A stretch of DNA of 41,428 nt, from assembly GCA_032718475.1 (NCBI GenBank), contig JAUCBJ010004373.1, positions 1-41,428 on the forward strand, given 5' to 3'. Below, piece after piece: positions 35,545 through 41,428 of the stretch. The DNA is from Nemertoderma westbladi (lineage: Eukaryota > Animalia > Xenacoelomorpha). Numbering within the stretch: the stretch's first letter is position 1; every line of letters starts with the position of its first letter. Made by a program: the position numbers and the translations under genes. The notes beneath the pieces are model-generated. The model searched no databases and was not told the origin of the DNA. It worked only from the letters and a program-made list of their open reading frames with translations.

Positions 35545-36150
35545 TATTGAAGTAGAAGCTTGAAAATCCAATAATAAATGCACACGCGTGGTACCGCAAG
35601 CCTACAGATACTGGGCTCGTTCTCAATGCCCCTGAGTCTTACAAAGTTCGTGGTATATTCCATCGCATCTTTAATGCCAGTAAGGGTGGGGATGGTTCCC
35701 AACTCTATACCGTAATTGGGGATGCTAAGAATATTCTCAGCAATAACCAATATACTGATACGGTGATAGAGCATGAGCTAGCCATAGTTCAAGCCGCTAG
35801 GAGGCGTGCTGGCAGTGGTTCTGGGGGCGAGGCACCAACAGCTGTCCCCACCGAGGTCATTGACGCGGTCGACCAGGCAGCTGCTGAGGATTCCAAGCCT
35901 ATTATCTGTAAGTTCGAGTACCGAGGTCGGGCAACTGATGTTCGAAAGTTACGTGGTCTTATACCCAGGTCTTGCACACGGCCAGTTCGGTTTGTTTTTA
36001 CAACATCTAAACTGCGCCAGTCACTCCCATCTCTCAAACACCCCGTCCCGGAAATCCTTGCGTCTAACGTCGTTTACTCTTTCTCTTGTCCCTCTTGTAA
36101 GGGGGAATATGTTGGACACAACCATCCAACACTTGTTTGAGCGCGTTAGA
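35545..36150 (+). mobile_element. Decayed Penelope-like retroelement fragment (RT C-terminal part + start of GIY-YIG endonuclease)
   Basis: WYRKPTDTGLVLN..APESYK..GIFHRIFNAS near 35588-35680, then VRFVFTTSKLRQSLPSLKHPVP..SNVVYSFSCPSCKGEYVGH; frameshifted and truncated. Confidence 0.85.
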
Positions 36151-36517
36151 CTAGCACAATTTAACAAACAGTGCCTCGATTGCCACGCAATAGGGATATT
36201 ATATTTGTCTTTATAATTTATTAAATGAATTTGCTATTACTATGAATTAAATTAATTTAAACAATAATTGTTAATTCAATCTCACCAATGACAATAACAA
36301 AACAAAATATAATAAATGTTATACTGTATAGTGTACAGTATACGTCATTGTTCATAAAATAGCACTTTAGGAGGGAAATAACAAAACGAGAGCCGTAAAA
36401 GCTTTTAAGTGGTATAGTAATCATGAACAATGGCGAATCTAATTTTATTTACTTGTGTGGAATTATTTGTAGTTATGCACTCAAACTTTCTAGAACAACC
36501 TAAAAATGACGCGGTGA

Positions 36518-36950
36518 CGGCATTAGTATAGTATCTATCCCCAAGTTAAAAAAAATTTATTAAAATTATTAGTAATTATCGGTTTATATCATGAGGTTTT
36601 TTGTTCTAGAACAAATATTTTACCCTCTGACAGTAAGATGGTAGCCAGTAAAGTTGGTTTTGTGTTAGCTAGTACTTTATATTAGCTAGTGAAAAAATTA
36701 AAAATGTAATTTAATCCTCAAATATATTTGTCAATAAGAATAAGAAATAAATAAGCATTACAGTAAGAAAAAAATTTAAATTAAAATAAATTGAAATTTA
36801 TTTTATTTATGTAACCATAGCAACAAAAACATATAATTCTAGAATAAAATCGATAATACAAAGCCAAACAATATGTAAAATATCTTTTAATCTAAAAAGA
36901 AAAAAAGAATAAAAAATTTGGGCATAGATACTACAGGTATACTAATGCCG
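36518..36950. mobile_element. 433-bp MITE with 8-bp TSD
   Basis: TSD CGCGGTGA at 36510-36517 and 36951-36958; TIR CGGCATTAGTATA perfect for 13 bp, extending imperfectly to GTATCTAT.CCCAA. Confidence 0.8.
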
Positions 36951-36995
36951 CGCGGTGACATACTAGAGAGTACTGGAAATACATAGTAAATGTAA

Positions 36996-37395
36996 AGGCC
37001 CGTTTCCGCGCAGCTTTTTTTGAGCTTTTTTTTTAGTTAAAACAATTTCTAGAAATTAATTGCTTCAAGATAAATCTGAGACTTTTGAATGCTAAAATCT
37101 AAAATATAGAATAAAGCTCCAAAAAAAGCTTGAAAAAAAGCTAAAAAAAAGTTTGAAAACAAGCTCAGAAAATAGCTAGAAAAAAAGCTCAAAAAAAAGC
37201 TGGACGAATATCATAATTATCTAATTCTAGAACATTCATATTACATCTTAATTTTAACTGAACGTTAGAAAAGACAAATCAAGCTTGGAAAAAAAGGTTG
37301 AAAAACAGCTCAAAAAAAGCTAGAAAAAAAGCTAGAGAAACAGCTCAAAAAAGCTCAGAATACTTCACATAAAAAAGCAGTGTGGAAACGGGCCT
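36996..37395. mobile_element. PIF/Harbinger-like MITE with internal AAAAAAGCT repeats
   Basis: AGGCCCGTTTCCGCGCAGCTTTTTT ... AAAAAAGCAGTGTGGAAACGGGCCT; flanks TAA and TAT. Confidence 0.75.
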
Positions 37396-38685
37396 TATGG
37401 CGGATGGACAAACTGAGAAATAATGTCGCACTGCGGCGATATAAAGTTAGAAAATATGTCGCCCTGGTGATTTGGTAGTGAGAAATTAATTCCATATATA
37501 TAAGTAAAATACTGTAATATTAATAATTTAAATATAATTGTTAACAAACTGTATAGTCTACCTGCCAACTCCCGAAAATTAAGTTTAGATGGCATTTTTT
37601 GTTAATGGTTGGCATCCACCTGATTTTTGTACTTCAAGACATGGCGAATCCAGCTAGGCCGGATGCCACCTCTGCATTTTTGATTTAATGCCTTTTTTTG
37701 GAATTCAAAGTTTTTTGCTCAAAAATGTGTTTTTTCAATTTTAGGATACAAGTTCATGGTGAATGTTAGTGAATCTCGTCTCATAACCAGTGTAGAAATT
37801 GAAAGTTATTCAAAATGCATCAATGTTGTCCTGAAACTGTTATAAACACTTTGGTAAAGAAGAAAATTTCCGAAATTCCCTTGCAGTCCGCCAACCCGGC
37901 CCTAGTAACCGCCTTAGCAACAGATTTATGAAATTTAAATTATCAATTTCTTTGTCTCACCTTTCCTTTTCCTGAGAAAATCAACAAACAGTTTTAAAAA
38001 TCAAAAAACCCATCACACAACTTATATGACATCTTGGGAACACATCAAGGGCAATATAAAATCAAATAGCGTCAATGTCGCAAACACAGGCCCATTATTT
38101 GGACCAGAGTAATTTACACAAGTATCAAAATATTAAGTTTAAGTGGAGTGTTCGTGTACCTTTACTCAACTATTTGCTTCTATATTTGTAATTATTTAAA
38201 ATTATCTCTACAGCTCAGTAGCATGGTGATACTTCCCGTCATATTGTACACATTCGGGTGACATTTACAGTCCACGTTACCATAGCAACAGACCAAATAA
38301 GACAATTTAACAAGAATTAAATTTACAGTATAACTATAATGCAGTATTCTCTAGGCCTACCTTACCAGAGTTTGAGAGATTAAATGTAACACACGTCGCA
38401 TAGCTATAACCTTCGACTGTTAGTCAACATCCTATCGTGACTTGGGGGAAAATTGTTTAATATAAATATGAATTTTAAAGTATCTCATGCGTTCATTGAG
38501 GAGACCTACAGTGAATAGTTAACTCACTCTAAATTCTGTTACGATATTAGTTTTGCAACAGGCAGGTACATCACACTATGCACCGTCGAGACAGGGGTTG
38601 AGCGGGGGAGGGGGCACAAATCCCCTTTCTGTTTTTATTTTGTTTTTATTTCAATTATTTTTTCTCAATGTTAAATTATCAATTT

Positions 38686-38832
38686 AGGGAAAGGACCAGT
38701 TTACAATGGCACGTTATTCCAACCAAAACAATAAACTTAATAGAACAGATTGAAGTTTAATTTTTGAGAGTAATCGGGTGTTATTTGCATCGATTTTCCC
38801 CTGGAGAGGGATCAATTATGATTGCGTTGAAA
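38686..38832 (+). repeat. Dispersed repeat family A, copy 4
   Basis: AGGGAAAGGACCAGTTTACAATGGCACGTTATTCCAACCAAAACAATAAAC...TGTTATTTGCATCGATTTTCCCCTGGAGAGGGA..GATTGCGTTGAAA. Confidence 0.75.
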
Positions 38833-39090
38833 GACCCCCCCTCTCTGGCACCATAAATATCGACCTACCTAACAGTAATGTTTCTTTCACTTTGAGATTG
38901 ATTTTCACTATCACTTGCATCTGCCTATTATTATTATGACTTGATGGAAATGGATGGTGACGAACATATTCCTACTATTAAAAGGAAAACTTGCCCGAAT
39001 GAGGTTTGTGAAGAGACATGCATAGTATATGGAGCAAAGAAAGATGAGCCATTGCTTCAGTTGTCGGAAAGTTAAAATTAAAGGTGTCAG

Positions 39091-41428
39091 CACTACTACT
39101 ACTATTACTACTATTACTATTGGCATGCTACATTGCAGCTGCATTATATACATTACATAAATATTTAGAATGCTGTGCAGGCTTATCGACAAAATTGCGT
39201 TGCCACAACTCTCTGGCACCCATGACAATTGCTATATCATCCGCATCTTCAAGGCCAGTGTCCTTTAAGATGCGTCTCAAGAAAGTCATGGGTTGTCCAC
39301 CATGCTTATTCACTTCATGAGGTAGCCAAAGTACAAGATAATGCACTGGCTGTTCCTCACAGTGAAAGCAATGTCCTGCAAGGCTGAGGCGGTTCCGTTC
39401 AAGTGGCAAGCTAGAGGAGACTGATGAAACAGCTCCAATGTTGTATAGAGTCTGGTTGGAGATGTGTTCGTTGTACATAACACAATGAACCCGGCGCAGC
39501 ATTCTTGTGAATGTGCCATCCAGAGATTTGGTATCCTCTGCAGTTAGAGCCCAGCCTGGACTCCCATGGAACTACTGCTGCCAGAAATAATCGAACCTTG
39601 AGGTACCGTTTTATTATGTGGGACTTACAAACCCTGGATAGTCTATTCAATGCAGCCCATGCCTCCCCCTTACGTATCCGAAGGTCCTCACCTGAGTTTC
39701 TGATCCATGATCCCAAGTAGCAGAAGTCATCCACGTGCTCAAGCAAGCCATTCCTGGAGCTTATTCCCTTACGATCAGACATTTCTTGAGGGCTGTCTAG
39801 GTTCACTGTCATAATTTTTGTCTTCTTGGAATTTACAAAAAGACAAACACTAGAAGCAACCTCGTCCAATGAGCAGAGAAGCCTTTGGGCTACCTCTAGT
39901 GATTCTGACAGTATCCCTATATCATCAGTAAAGTCTATATCAGTTAGGTACTTTGCTGGATTTCCTCCACTTATTGTGCCAGTAGGGGGTACCATCATCC
40001 CATTTTAATAATTTTAATTTTTATGGTCTAAGGACATGCGTAGAACACAATCAACCACAATTAAGAATTAGAATGGTGCAAGTGTGTAACCCTGAAGGAT
40101 TCCGCATAAGAGTTCGAATGGATCTGTGTCACCATCAGCAGTAGACGCAAATGTGGTGGAACCATCAAACAGTGATCGGAAAGCTGCAATAATTTCCCCA
40201 GGAAACCAATGTGCTACAAGTATGCTAAACATCCGTGGTCGGGAGACTGAGTCGAAGGCCTTAAAGAAGTCAACAAAGATAATAGCCAGATGTATGTCTT
40301 TCTTTGTTGATAACTCTTTGATTATCCTTCTAAGTGCCAGAATAGACTTCATGTCCCACGGCCTTTATGGAACCCATTTTGATTCTCACAGGATTCCTGA
40401 TGCGGTTTAATAGAATTATGTTGTATAGCTTTGCAGCAATCGAGATTAACGAGTTTCCACGAAAAGCTTTATAGGTTGTTAGGTTGCCCTTTTTTGGTGC
40501 ATGTACCAACTTATATATTTTCATTTCTTGAGGGACTATCTTTGTCCTATACATACTCAGAATAATGGGGTGACTGAGCTCTAAGCACTCATCAATTTCA
40601 TAGACCTCAGGGGCAAGCCATCTACTCCAATGGCACGATTGGTCTTCAAGCCCCTTACAGTACTGCAGTCTTAATTTCAGCAAATGAGATGTGGATATCT
40701 GTGAGCACAGAATCAGATACACGATGTACCTCAAAGTTATCAGGCAATACCCTGTTATGTTTGGAAGCTTCTCAAAGTAGGCCTTCCAACATCCAACCAT
40801 TATTGAGGAGTTCAGGAGATTCAGCATTAACCTTCGTGGTTGGTTGGCTTTTCCTCCCAGTGAGCAGGTTTACTGATTGCTATGCCTGAGCTGATTGCCT
40901 GCTATCATCAGGGTTAATGGCATCAACCTCGGCCCTACTTATCGATAAGCTCCTTTAGCATCCTTGTCTGTCTTCGTGTGCCCTAGTCGGCGGGACTCAT
41001 TCTGCACCATTTGAGGTCATTTCGGCAATTCCGAATTATGTGATCAGTGGGGGGGGGGGGGGGGGGGGCTATTTCCTGTTTCGAGGATATACAGGATCTG
41101 TTTCAGCAGCTGCTAAATTAACTTCTTCTGTGAAGGCAGTATAGCCCACGCAGTGATTTGCCGCCTCAGAGGCGAGAACCTCATACCTGTTGTTCAACTG
41201 TAGTGTGAAGCTGGATCTCACAACTGGGCTGTTGCAACAAAGAGGACCAGTCATTCCTTGGCAATTCTGCTAGCGTGGAGACTAAGTCTTACCTTGGCCA
41301 CAATAATAGGTAATACTGTAGCTGGATAAGGGTCGAAGTGCAAATATACTTCAGTCTTGTTGTACAGAATAGAGCTCCTGTATTTCCCACGAAACAGAAT
41401 ATGGTATATCTGGGACGTGTGACCACTT
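39091..41428 (-). mobile_element. Decayed non-LTR retrotransposon (RTE/RTE-X-like LINE), RT pseudogene running off the window
   Basis: Frameshifted RT motifs PKKGNLT..RGNSLISIAAKLYN, IFVDFFKAFDSV, GILQG.TLAPF, DIDFTDDI, VDDFCYLGSWI, RLSLAGHC; 3' (TAG/TAA)n microsatellite tail at 39091-39121. Confidence 0.9.

Noticed and set aside
38901-39075. Short + strand frame (..MEMDGDEHIPTIKRKTCPNEVCEETC..)
   Set aside because: Under 60 codons, with no splice support or recognisable family.
18664-41068. Poly-C/G tracts at ~18664, ~26782 and ~41048 as G-quadruplex elements
   Set aside because: Simple homopolymer expansions, one inside a dead LINE; no evidence of function.

Overview
Eukaryotic, AT-rich, intron-rich genomic DNA, most likely from an invertebrate animal; not prokaryotic. 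(1) 1-19615 holds the 3' part of a + strand multi-exon gene: five phase-compatible exons encoding a Ser/Pro/Lys-rich protein that ends in a CRACD/KIAA1211-family-like PAWIALAKQK motif. Its introns are inflated by tandem arrays. Two of these are amplified exon-intron junctions: a 39-bp 5'-splice-site array and a 44-bp 3'-splice-site array whose last copy is the predicted functional acceptor. (2) A third array (61 bp, ~88 copies) carries TACTAAC, a pyrimidine tract and the unit's only AG, just upstream of an intronless EXD1/Egalitarian-like DEDDy exonuclease ORF with a C-terminal zinc-ribbon-like motif. (3) A 2.9-kb non-autonomous CACTA/EnSpm-like element carries a PWWP-domain reading frame and no transposase. 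(4) Other mobile DNA includes a hAT element inserted in the 39-bp array, several MITEs, a Penelope-like fragment and a decayed RTE-like LINE. Exon models were built by hand from splice signals and reading frames, and coordinates of degenerate repeats are approximate.
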